Part shown: positions 20,322 to 29,546 of the stretch, one piece after another
How positions within the stretch are numbered: position 1 is the first letter of the stretch
How the letters are laid out: each line of letters begins with the position of its first letter
Source of the DNA: Candidatus Omnitrophota bacterium
GTDB lineage: Bacteria; Omnitrophota; Gorgyraeia; Zapsychrales; Fredricksoniimonadaceae
Direction: 5' to 3'
Assembly (NCBI GenBank): GCA_028865345.1
Contig: JAGWKL010000003.1
Span: forward strand, 184-64,183
DNA: 64,000 nt
The notes under the pieces: generated by a model
Databases searched by the model: none
What the model was told of the DNA's origin: nothing
What the model saw: the letters and a program-made list of their open reading frames with translations, nothing else
Translations under genes and position numbers: made by a program

Positions 20322-23300
20322 ATGACTTTTTCATCCATCCGCCGTTCCTGGTATTCCCGTTATATTAGCTTATGTCTTATGGCCGCCTTTATAGGGACCA
20401 TGGTGATTACGCCTAAGGCTTATGCTCAGGAGGGGGTTTTGGGACTGCCCCAACCAGGGGCAATGGTGGATCTATCTCCCGCTTATGTGCCGCTCATGAT
20501 CACCGGTTTGACCGTGCATCCCCACAATCCTTTATTAATGGATTTTATTGTTAATACCGGCAACAGCGGCTTGGATGCCGCCCAGGTTAAAAAAGAATCC
20601 GGCCGCCTGATCAAATATTTTTTGGCCTGCCTCACCATTCCCGAGAACGATCAGTGGGTCAACCTTTCGCCGTATGAAAAAGACCGCATCATCCCCAAAG
20701 ATTTAGGGCAGACCGTATTGGGCCGGGATATGCTGGCCCAGGATTATATTTTGAAACAATTGACCGCGTCCATGATCTATCCGGAAAAGAATTTGGGAAG
20801 GAAATTTTGGAACGACGTTTACGCAAAGGCTCGTCAGATGTACGGCACCACCCAAATCCCGGTGAATACTTTTAATAAGGTATGGATTTTGCCGGAGTTT
20901 GCCCAAGTCTATGAACATGGCAACACCGTACTTGTCGTCAAGAGCCATCTCAAGGTCATGCTCGATCAGGATTATCTGGCTTTAAAACACCATGCGCAAG
21001 GGGTGAGCAGCACGGCCGAAGAATCCAAAGTCGATACGCTCGGAAGTCAAATCGTCCGCCAGGTCATTCTTCCGGCCATAGAACATGAAGTCAACACGGG
21101 CAGGAACTTCGCCCAAATGCGCCAGATCTATAATTCCATGATCCTGGCCGTCTGGTTTAAGGAGAATTTGAAGCAGGCCCTTCTCAACCAGGTCTATACG
21201 GACAGATCCAAGGTCAACGGCGTCAATGTGGCTGACCCGGCCATTAAAGAAAAGATATACAGGCAGTATCTTGAGGCCTATAAGAAGGGGGTATTCAACT
21301 ATATTAAGGAAGAGACCGACCCTAACAGCCAGGAGACCATCCCTCGTAAATATTTCTCCGGAGGGCTGACTCCGTTTGATGCCGCCATGCTTCATAAGGT
21401 GCCGGCAGAGGAAGCCGAGGCCGATCTTAGCGGCCAGCCTGGAAGAACTTTCGATCTCCTGAGTGAGGTCGGCAAGGTTCCGGGGAACGCGGCCCATCCC
21501 AACGCGGCGATGACGGTTTCTTTGAATAGGGGCTTAACAGAGGCATTGAATCAATTAGGCGTTTCAAATCAACTCAATGCGGTCCAGGGAATCATGGTGG
21601 ATGCCGTCAATGTTGAGGGGTTTTTGGGTAATTTGGATAAATTGTATGAGGGCAAGAAAAGTCCGGAAGCCATCAAAACCGCCCTCACCAATGTCGGGAT
21701 TCTGTCAAGAGACGGCACAAGCATTACCACAGAAATATTTGATCAAAACAATGCAGTGACGATGTTCAAATCCAGGTTGGGCGTCAAGGAAGTTTATGTC
21801 CTGAGCATTCAAAAAGCCATGGTGGATGCCATGGATGTGCCCCAATTTTTAAAATCATTTCCGGATGAACAGCAATCCACTGTTGCAGAGGCTTTAGTCA
21901 ACAACGGCGGAGACAACGGCATTTTTGAGGCGTTCAAGCCTTTTGTATCAACGCCCCAAACTTCCAACGCGGCCATGACATCGACTATTGAAAGCGCATG
22001 GCGACGGGCTGATGAGATGGGATTAAAGGGAGCGATTTTGTTGGAATTTGAAGAAGAACATCCCCGGGGAGGCGGAGACATTAATTTATTTGTCCCGGCC
22101 GTCCTTGCACCATTACATCAGGTGAAAGGGAAGCTGCTTTCCGGTTTTCCTCACGGCTCTGGTAAAGATGTTTATATTGATGGGACTCCCGGTTTTTCTC
22201 CCGATAATATTATTATGATCAAATGGAAGGATCTGGTTTATTTGGCCCCGCATCTAAAGCCCCAGGGGTTGTCGGCCATTTTGAGTTTTTTTCAGGCGCA
22301 ACACCAGGGATTGCCCCAAGCCAATGATTTGATAGAGATCGTACGGACCGATGCGGCAATGGCTGGCCAACCCAGCCGGCAGCTGGAAAATATTTTGTCG
22401 GAAAAAGTGACATCGGTCAAAGAAAGCATGCAGCCCCTGCTGGAGGCTTACGACGCGGCCAAGGCCCAAGGTCAGGCCGATAAGGTCAAAGGCATTGAAG
22501 GCGAAATCAACCAGATCGTCGACAAGGTCAATGTCTACGATCAATCCAACCCCGAAGATTTGGTCCTTTCTGATGATGTTCAATCCCTGGCAGGCTTCTT
22601 AAGCAGTCCCGATGTTCGGGTCTATCAGAATGAGGCCAGGCAGGATCTTTTAACGGGCGACTATGTGCCGCAATTTATTTTTGCCGGCGCGGCCACGCGC
22701 CTTAACCGTGGGCCGATGTATAACTTGGATATTTGGGACATAGCTGTGGAAATGGGTAAGGCCAAACCGGGAGATGCCAAGTCACATATGGGTATGGGGC
22801 CCCGCCAGATCATGGCTTACCGTTTGGCGTTGGAATCCCTGGCCCAGAAGAATGGGCTTCCGGTGCAGGAGGTTCTGGCCAGGCAGAAAATGATCGTTAA
22901 CGTGAATGCTGACGTTGAGCAGATTGTTCTGGACGATTTTCTCAAGAATGATTTCTACGGATTCGACCCGGACAATGTTTATTTCATCACCCAGCCGACC
23001 TTCCATGGTTATAAATTTGAAAACGGTCGTTTGGTGTTTGATCCGAAAAGCCCCACGGTGCCTTATGGTCATGGATATAATTTTATGCAATTGGGCCAGC
23101 CGGGGCAGGCGTATACATTGGGTCTCGACGGAAGCCGCCGCTATTTGAAAGGCAGTGTTTTGAGCCAGTTCCCTGATGATGCCCTCATTGGCAGCCATCG
23201 CATCAATGATTTGACCAAACTCTCCGAGGATTCCGTGGTCAGTGTGGATAAACTGGCTTTTGCGATCGCCAAATTTGAACAGGGCTTTGACGTGGTCGGG

Positions 23301-26018
23301 GAACTGGTCGATAACCCCAACAAGCAAAAAGGCGGGAATGTGTTGAAGAACAGGAAGACCGGCAAGAGCTTTCTGATTGAGACTTCGAATGTCAAAGGCA
23401 ACCCGGCGCTCATCAAGCTCCTGGATGAAGCTGGGAAGGTGGGCGCGCCGTATAATGCTTTCAGGCTGGTGTATAAGGTCGGAGGTTTAAAAAAGATCCT
23501 GCAGGAAAATTTGCCGTTTAACCTGAGGTTCAAGGATGGAGAGTTTTATTTGGAGGCGGTTACAGGTGATGTGACCCAAATGCCTGATACAAATGCCGTG
23601 TTCATGAACTCAGGGGAGCAGATACATGATTTTAAAGAGCCCAAGAATATGGACGATGCTCTCTATTATTTGAGGAAAAGCGACGATCAAATAGCTTCCG
23701 CTAATCCGGCGATGGTTACAGATGAATCCATTTTGTCCTGGCGCTCCCCGCACGGCCTGTCCTTGAGCCAGGTTTTGGACAAGATCATCAAGGAGTACGA
23801 TATCCGCGGATTTGACGGATATGGCGATCAGACGCAATATCCCCAGCAGATGGATGCCACGTTGCTGCGCTGGATCGGCCGGGCGTTGGGGATGGTGAAA
23901 TTTTATTCGGCGGCGCACGACAGGGAAGTCCAATTGAAGCCGGGGGACACCTTTGTTATCGGCGGCGACAATGGGCCGTCAACGGAGGAATTGGTAAAGA
24001 AGAATTTGATTAAAGGCTTGCGCGATGTGGGGATCAACGTGATCGACCTGGGCGTCACCAATTCCGGGCACACGTATAAGAGCATTAAAGAATTTGGGGC
24101 GCAGGGCGGCCTGTATGTTACGCGCAGTCATGTGGAGGTGGGGACCAACGGCGCAAAACCCATTATCGACGGCATTACCCTTTATGGTGAAATGCTTACG
24201 GCCATTAAAGGCCAAATCCTCAAGGCGGAGTACCGCAAGGCGCAGCGCGGGGAATTAATGACCGAACATGAGCCGGAAGCGGCAAGTTTGAGGGCCAGGG
24301 CAAAACAAGCCTATCTGGATTCATTGAAGCGGGATTACCGCGGATTGGCTGACCAGCTGTCGCAAATGGGATTGCGGGTGGCCGTTAATTTAAACAGCGG
24401 TTCCATGGCGGCAGATGCCGATTATCGCCAGGTGATCCGCGATATTCTCGGTGCGGGGAATATTGAAACCTTTCTTAAAGAGGAACCGGATGCGCTGGCC
24501 ACAAAGGGCCTGGCCGATCCGTCACGTGCCGACGAAAAAGCTTTGGCCCACAAGGAAGCCAATATTGTGGCCTACTCCGAAAACCATCCGGACGTTCCTG
24601 TTTTTAACTTTGACCTGGACGCGGACAGGGTGAGTATTTTATGGAACGGCCGGCTTTTCCTGGGGGATGAAATATTTTATCCCATCATTGAATACCAGTC
24701 GACCCTGGCGCCCTATGCGGATATCCTGAGAAATGAAGCGGGGTTTGCTTTTGATTCGCGGATGAAATCGGAAGTTTTTGAACTGGCGAAGCATTTTGGC
24801 GTAAAAGCCGGGCTGCACCCGAAGGGGCACTCAAAAGTGAAAGCCACCATGGATGTCATCCTGCGCCAGATCGCCTCCCAAAGAGGAATGACGGTGGCCA
24901 AATTTTTGAAAACACATCCCGGCTTCCGCATGGCCGAACCGGAGTATTCGCTTCATATGTTCCTTTCGAATTCCAGGGGGGAATCCTTGGATGATGCCCT
25001 GGATTTCATGTTTTTCTGGCTCAACGCGTGGGGAAAAGTTACAGAAGCAAAAGGCGATTCCCAGCTCACGCTTGCACAATACATTCAGAATTTAAAGGAT
25101 AAAGGCATTATTAACGATGCCAAGCAGGTGCCGGAACAGCGCATCCCCATTAATGAAGACGCCAAATTTGATTCGATGACAAAGATGAAAAATGCGGTGA
25201 TTGACTTTTTTGCGGGGCGGGATGATTTCGAATATATCAGCGATTACCGGGACTCCAGCAAGAGGTCAAAATCCTATGCGTTGGTCAATAATGACGGCGT
25301 GTTTCATTTGTATACCCCTTACGGCGAGGCTTTCTGGGGATGGTCAAACACTTCTCCGAAAGTGGCCATTGGCGTGCAAAGCGCCACGGAGGAATCCAAG
25401 AAGCGGTTGGCCCAAATCGTCACGGCCATGTATATTCATGCCCGCAACAGGGTCGCTGAGGATTTGCACATCAGCCTTCCCCAAATAGATCCGCTTGAAA
25501 CAAAGGCGCTTTATCAGCTTATGGGGGCATCATCTCCGGGCGAGTTGGAAGGCAAGATCCTTGAGAAATATCCGACCATGGAGGCCGCCTTAAGCGCAAT
25601 ACCCGATGCCGCGATGGCTGCAAGCAGTGCGGTCATTGGAGAAGAAACCGATTGGCTGCGGGCGATCAATTCTTCCGGCAGCAATGAGCAGCTTAAAGGA
25701 ATCACCAAACAGCTCTCCCGCAGCGGATTGCCGGAGCGTGAAATAGAAAAATTGATCCAGGCCGCCAATTTCAGGCGAAAACTCATCTTTAAGAATGAAA
25801 AGAATAAATACGGCTTGGGCAGATCTCAAGCCGAGCCCGGCGGTATCGACCTTAATTCCAGAACGCTGAACATGGAGAGTACGGGGCAAAAGGTGCACAT
25901 CACCTTTGACCCTGCCATGATCGCGCAATTCCGTCGCGGGGATTTTTCCGGCGTTAAAATCCAAATTCTCAACGTTGTTCCGATCCAGCTTGCGCCGTTA
26001 TTGGGTCTCAAACAATAG
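20322..26018 (+). CDS. Giant (1898 aa) exported modular protein: N-terminal domain, [DN][AP]AM-delimited modules including UDP-sugar pyrophosphorylase-like and phosphohexomutase-like domains, C-terminal GGIDLN domain
   Basis: SD AAGGAG; signal-like N-terminus ending AYA-Q; FAGAATRL, FYGFDPDNVYFITQ, PYGHG, KGG (UDPGP family); EYDIRG, TRSH, NGAK, DLDADR, GHSKVK (PMM/PGM family). Confidence 0.85.
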   Translation: MTFSSIRRSWYSRYISLCLMAAFIGTMVITPKAYAQEGVLGLPQPGAMVDLSPAYVPLMITGLTVHPHNPLLMDFIVNTGNSGLDAAQVKKESGRLIKYFLACLTIPENDQWVNLSPYEKDRIIPKDLGQTVLGRDMLAQDYILKQLTASMIYPEKNLGRKFWNDVYAKARQMYGTTQIPVNTFNKVWILPEFAQVYEHGNTVLVVKSHLKVMLDQDYLALKHHAQGVSSTAEESKVDTLGSQIVRQVILPAIEHEVNTGRNFAQMRQIYNSMILAVWFKENLKQALLNQVYTDRSKVNGVNVADPAIKEKIYRQYLEAYKKGVFNYIKEETDPNSQETIPRKYFSGGLTPFDAAMLHKVPAEEAEADLSGQPGRTFDLLSEVGKVPGNAAHPNAAMTVSLNRGLTEALNQLGVSNQLNAVQGIMVDAVNVEGFLGNLDKLYEGKKSPEAIKTALTNVGILSRDGTSITTEIFDQNNAVTMFKSRLGVKEVYVLSIQKAMVDAMDVPQFLKSFPDEQQSTVAEALVNNGGDNGIFEAFKPFVSTPQTSNAAMTSTIESAWRRADEMGLKGAILLEFEEEHPRGGGDINLFVPAVLAPLHQVKGKLLSGFPHGSGKDVYIDGTPGFSPDNIIMIKWKDLVYLAPHLKPQGLSAILSFFQAQHQGLPQANDLIEIVRTDAAMAGQPSRQLENILSEKVTSVKESMQPLLEAYDAAKAQGQADKVKGIEGEINQIVDKVNVYDQSNPEDLVLSDDVQSLAGFLSSPDVRVYQNEARQDLLTGDYVPQFIFAGAATRLNRGPMYNLDIWDIAVEMGKAKPGDAKSHMGMGPRQIMAYRLALESLAQKNGLPVQEVLARQKMIVNVNADVEQIVLDDFLKNDFYGFDPDNVYFITQPTFHGYKFENGRLVFDPKSPTVPYGHGYNFMQLGQPGQAYTLGLDGSRRYLKGSVLSQFPDDALIGSHRINDLTKLSEDSVVSVDKLAFAIAKFEQGFDVVGELVDNPNKQKGGNVLKNRKTGKSFLIETSNVKGNPALIKLLDEAGKVGAPYNAFRLVYKVGGLKKILQENLPFNLRFKDGEFYLEAVTGDVTQMPDTNAVFMNSGEQIHDFKEPKNMDDALYYLRKSDDQIASANPAMVTDESILSWRSPHGLSLSQVLDKIIKEYDIRGFDGYGDQTQYPQQMDATLLRWIGRALGMVKFYSAAHDREVQLKPGDTFVIGGDNGPSTEELVKKNLIKGLRDVGINVIDLGVTNSGHTYKSIKEFGAQGGLYVTRSHVEVGTNGAKPIIDGITLYGEMLTAIKGQILKAEYRKAQRGELMTEHEPEAASLRARAKQAYLDSLKRDYRGLADQLSQMGLRVAVNLNSGSMAADADYRQVIRDILGAGNIETFLKEEPDALATKGLADPSRADEKALAHKEANIVAYSENHPDVPVFNFDLDADRVSILWNGRLFLGDEIFYPIIEYQSTLAPYADILRNEAGFAFDSRMKSEVFELAKHFGVKAGLHPKGHSKVKATMDVILRQIASQRGMTVAKFLKTHPGFRMAEPEYSLHMFLSNSRGESLDDALDFMFFWLNAWGKVTEAKGDSQLTLAQYIQNLKDKGIINDAKQVPEQRIPINEDAKFDSMTKMKNAVIDFFAGRDDFEYISDYRDSSKRSKSYALVNNDGVFHLYTPYGEAFWGWSNTSPKVAIGVQSATEESKKRLAQIVTAMYIHARNRVAEDLHISLPQIDPLETKALYQLMGASSPGELEGKILEKYPTMEAALSAIPDAAMAASSAVIGEETDWLRAINSSGSNEQLKGITKQLSRSGLPEREIEKLIQAANFRRKLIFKNEKNKYGLGRSQAEPGGIDLNSRTLNMESTGQKVHITFDPAMIAQFRRGDFSGVKIQILNVVPIQLAPLLGLKQ

Positions 26019-26040
26019 CAGGCCCCGTTTCCGGATGGTT

Positions 26041-26067
26041 TTAGCACTCCGGCAAATTCACTGCTAA
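26041..26067 (+). promoter_or_regulatory. CIRCE operator 1 (HrcA site)
   Basis: TTAGCACTC-N9-CACTGCTAA vs consensus TTAGCACTC-N9-GAGTGCTAA. Confidence 0.8.
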
Positions 26068-26074
26068 AATTTTC

Positions 26075-26103
26075 TTGACAAAAATTTTATCTACCGCTAT
26101 ATT
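26075..26103 (+). promoter_or_regulatory. Sigma70 promoter of groESL
   Basis: TTGACA-17 bp-TATATT between the two CIRCEs. Confidence 0.8.
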
Positions 26104-26128
26104 AGCACTCTGAATTTAGCAGTGCTAA
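26102..26128 (+). promoter_or_regulatory. CIRCE operator 2 (HrcA site)
   Basis: TTAGCACTC-N9-CAGTGCTAA, overlapping the -10 box and predicted TSS. Confidence 0.88.
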
Positions 26129-26199
26129 GAATGAACTTTCCCCCTGAAAGCTCTTAGAAAAAATTCATTATTAACCGTTTTTTACCAAGGAGGAGATGT

Positions 26200-26490
26200 A
26201 TGTCTATCCAACCATTAGCTGACCGCATTGTGGTCAAGGTGCTGGAAGCTAAAGAAGTCACCAAGGGAGGCATTTTACTTCCGGACACCGCGAAGGAAAA
26301 GCCTCAGGAAGGCAAGGTCATTGCCGCAGGTAAAGGAAAAACCTCTGATAACGGCCAACTTGTGCCCCTGGAAGTCAAGGTGGGTGACCGCATCCTGTTT
26401 GCCAAATACGGCGGTACGGAAATCACCACCACGGACGGTGAAGAGCTTTTGATCATGAAGGAAGATGATGTTTTGGCCATTGTAAAATAA
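26200..26490 (+). CDS. groES: Co-chaperonin GroES
   Basis: [33 protein letters not shown]. Confidence 0.97.
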   Translation: MSIQPLADRIVVKVLEAKEVTKGGILLPDTAKEKPQEGKVIAAGKGKTSDNGQLVPLEVKVGDRILFAKYGGTEITTTDGEELLIMKEDDVLAIVK

Positions 26491-26512
26491 ATTTTCTTAA
26501 GGAGGTAGTCAA

Positions 26513-28162
26513 ATGGGAGCAAAACAATTGATTTTCGAAGATGAAGCACGCCGCAAGGTCCTGCGCGGAGTTGAGCAGTTATCACGCGCGGTCAAGGTCA
26601 CCTTGGGGCCCAAAGGCCGCAACGTGGTCCTGGACAAGAAATTCGGTAGCCCTACCGTCACCAAGGACGGTGTATCTGTCGCCAAGGAGATCGAACTGGA
26701 AGATCCTTATGAAAACATGGGCGCCCAGATGGTCAAGGAAGTTGCCGAAAAGACCTCTGATATTGCGGGGGACGGAACAACCACCGCCACGGTCCTGGCT
26801 GAGGCCATTTACCGTGAAGGTTTGAAGAACGTCACGGCCGGTGCCAATCCCATGGCCCTTAAGCGCGGGATTGAAATAGCCGTGGAGCGGGTGGTGTCCA
26901 AGGTGGAAAAGATCGCCAAAAAGGTCGACCTGAAGAATACCAAGGAAGTCGAGCAGGTGGCCACCGTCGCCGCCAACAACGATAATGTCATCGGCAAAAA
27001 GATCGCCGAGGCCTTCGAAGCGGTCGGCAAGGACGGCGTCATCACCGTTGAAGAAAGCAAGACCATCAATACCGAATTAAAGATCGTCGAGGGTATGCAG
27101 TTCGACCAGGGCTATCTGTCCCCGTATTTCTCCACGGACATGGAAAAGATGGTCTGTGAGCTGGAAGACCCTTATATCCTGCTTTATGAAAAGAAGATCT
27201 CCAGCATTAAAGACATCCTGCCGGTCCTGGAAAAAGTGGCCAAGGCCGGACGTCCTTTGTTGATCATCTGCGAAGAAGTCGAGGGCGAGGCGCTGGCCAC
27301 CCTGGTCGTCAATAAGATGCGCGGCACCCTGCATTGCGCCGCGGTGAAAGCCCCGGGCTACGGCGACCGCCGCAAGGAGATGCTTAAAGATATTGCTGTT
27401 TTAACCGGCGGCAAGGCCGTCACTGAGGACTTGGGCCTTAAGCTGGAAAATATCGATGTCCCCGATTTAGGCCGTGCCAAGAAGGTCAAGATCGACAAGG
27501 ACAATACCACGATCGTGCAGGGCGGCGGCAAACAGGCGGATATCAAGGCCCGCCTGGCCCAGATCAAAAACCAGATCGAGACCACCGATTCTTCCTATGA
27601 TAAAGAGAAATTGCAGGAACGCCTGGCCAAGATCGCCGGCGGGGTGGCCATCATCAATGTGGGCGCTGCCACAGAATCCGAAATGAAGGAAAAGAAGGCC
27701 CGTGTGGAAGACGCGCTGCATGCGACCCGCGCGGCCGTGGAAGAAGGCATTGTCCCGGGCGGCGGTGTGGCCTTGTTGCGCTGCATCGGGGACGCCTTGG
27801 CGGACAGCCTTAATGGGGATGAAAAAACAGGCGCCGAGATCGTCCGCCGCGCCCTGGAATCTCCCTTGCGCCAGTTGGCCCTCAATGCCGGCAAGGAAGG
27901 CTCCGTTATTGTCGAGAGTCTCCGGGAGAAAGGGAAAAACGCCAATTTCGGTTATGATTTTAATTCCGACAAGGAAGTCGACATGATCGACGCGGGCATC
28001 ATCGATCCTGCCAAGGTGACCCGCACGGCTTTGCAGAATGCGGCGTCCATCGCGGCGTTGCTTTTGACCACAGAATGCCTGGTCACGGACGTTCCTGAAA
28101 AGGAAAAACCGGCCATGCCTCCGATGCCTGGCGGCGGTGGCGGTATGGGTGGGATGTATTAA
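26513..28162 (+). CDS. groEL: Chaperonin GroEL
   Basis: [27 protein letters not shown] tail. Confidence 0.98.
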   Translation: MGAKQLIFEDEARRKVLRGVEQLSRAVKVTLGPKGRNVVLDKKFGSPTVTKDGVSVAKEIELEDPYENMGAQMVKEVAEKTSDIAGDGTTTATVLAEAIYREGLKNVTAGANPMALKRGIEIAVERVVSKVEKIAKKVDLKNTKEVEQVATVAANNDNVIGKKIAEAFEAVGKDGVITVEESKTINTELKIVEGMQFDQGYLSPYFSTDMEKMVCELEDPYILLYEKKISSIKDILPVLEKVAKAGRPLLIICEEVEGEALATLVVNKMRGTLHCAAVKAPGYGDRRKEMLKDIAVLTGGKAVTEDLGLKLENIDVPDLGRAKKVKIDKDNTTIVQGGGKQADIKARLAQIKNQIETTDSSYDKEKLQERLAKIAGGVAIINVGAATESEMKEKKARVEDALHATRAAVEEGIVPGGGVALLRCIGDALADSLNGDEKTGAEIVRRALESPLRQLALNAGKEGSVIVESLREKGKNANFGYDFNSDKEVDMIDAGIIDPAKVTRTALQNAASIAALLLTTECLVTDVPEKEKPAMPPMPGGGGGMGGMY

Positions 28163-28175
28163 TCAACCGCGGTTG

Positions 28176-28211
28176 AAAAAGGGACAGGGCCATAGCCCTG
28201 TCCCTTTTTTT
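28176..28211 (+). terminator. Rho-independent terminator after groEL
   Basis: A5-GGGACAGGGC-CATA-GCCCTGTCCC-T7. Confidence 0.9.
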
Positions 28212-28212
28212 A

Positions 28213-28241
28213 TTGACTTTTTGCCCTGTATAATGTATAAT
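28213..28241 (+). promoter_or_regulatory. Sigma70 promoter of the gua operon
   Basis: TTGACT-17 bp-TATAAT. Confidence 0.75.
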
Positions 28242-28310
28242 TCCGCTTCAAATTCATTTTTATACCTCTTTCTTAAGTCTATATCTTATTGAAAATAAAG
28301 GAGTTAAGCA

Positions 28311-29480
28311 ATGGCCGATTGGATTGGTATCGGGCGGCGTGCACGCAGATGTTATGGCTTTGATGAGGTGGCTCTGGTCCCCGGCACGGTAACGGTGAAC
28401 CCCGGTGAAGTGGATACTACCTTTATTTTAGGTAAATATAAATTTTCCGTTCCTATCATGGCCGCTTCCATGGACGGCGTTGTTGACGTCAATTTTGCGA
28501 TTGCCATGGGCAAACTGGGAGGCATTGCGGTCTTGAACCTGGACGGCATCCAGACCCGTTATGATGATCCCAAAGAAATTCTGGACCAGATAGCTTCCGC
28601 CACGCCCGAAGAAGCCACCAAACTTGTCCAGAGCCTTTACGACAACGCCAAATTCCCCGTCAAAGATAAGTTGATCGCCAGGCGTATCCAGCAGATCAAA
28701 GAAGCCAAGGTGCCGGCGGTCGTCAGTTGTATCCCCCAGAATGCCGCCCATTTTTCCAAAATCGCCGTTGAAGCGGGGGTGGACATTTTTATCGTGCAGT
28801 CAACCGTGGCAACGGTCCGCCATGTCGCCACGGAGTATAAGATCCTGGATTTGGCGCAATTTTGCAGGGACACCAAGGTCCCCGTTATCGTCGGTAATGT
28901 GGTCACCTACGACATGGCCCTGGAGATCATGGAGGCCGGCGCTTCGGCGGTCCTGGTCGGCATCGGGCCCGGCGCTGCGTGCACCTCACGCGGAGTTTTG
29001 GGCATCGGCGTGCCCCAAATCACGGCAACGGTCGATTGCTGCGCGGCCCGGGATTATTATTTCAAACGCAAAGGCCAGTATATCCCCATGATCACCGACG
29101 GAGGTATGCGCATCGGCGGCGAGATCTGCAAGGCTTTTGCGGCCGGCTCGGATGCCGTCATGGTGGGTTCTGCTTTTGCCAAGGCCACAGAGGCGCCGGG
29201 GCGGGGATATCATTGGGGCATGGCGACGAGCCACGCCAATCTGCCGCGCGGCACGCGCATCCGTGTCGGCACCAGCGGCACCCTGAAGGAGATCCTCATA
29301 GGACCGGCCAAGGTCGATGATGGTTCTCAGAATTTGATCGGCGCCTTAAAAACATCCATGGGGTCCTTGGGCGCCGGCAACATCAAAGAAATGCATGACG
29401 TGGAAATTATCCTCGCACCCTCCATCCAGACGGAAGGCAAGGTCTTTCAGATCGGCCAACGGGTGGGTATGGGCAAGTGA
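28311..29480 (+). CDS. guaB3: GuaB3-family IMP dehydrogenase
   Basis: [21 protein letters not shown]-terminus, no CBS pair, [28 protein letters not shown]. Confidence 0.9.
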   Translation: MADWIGIGRRARRCYGFDEVALVPGTVTVNPGEVDTTFILGKYKFSVPIMAASMDGVVDVNFAIAMGKLGGIAVLNLDGIQTRYDDPKEILDQIASATPEEATKLVQSLYDNAKFPVKDKLIARRIQQIKEAKVPAVVSCIPQNAAHFSKIAVEAGVDIFIVQSTVATVRHVATEYKILDLAQFCRDTKVPVIVGNVVTYDMALEIMEAGASAVLVGIGPGAACTSRGVLGIGVPQITATVDCCAARDYYFKRKGQYIPMITDGGMRIGGEICKAFAAGSDAVMVGSAFAKATEAPGRGYHWGMATSHANLPRGTRIRVGTSGTLKEILIGPAKVDDGSQNLIGALKTSMGSLGAGNIKEMHDVEIILAPSIQTEGKVFQIGQRVGMGK

Positions 29481-29546
29481 CACTACTCTACGACGTCAAA
29501 GGAATCTCTCTTAAAAGCCTTTTGACACTAACAGGAGCAATGGCGC

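Noticed and set aside
20322-26018. Giant gene as part of a prophage or genomic island
   Set aside because: No integrase, att-like repeats, tRNA or phage genes; it is flanked directly by coaX and groES.
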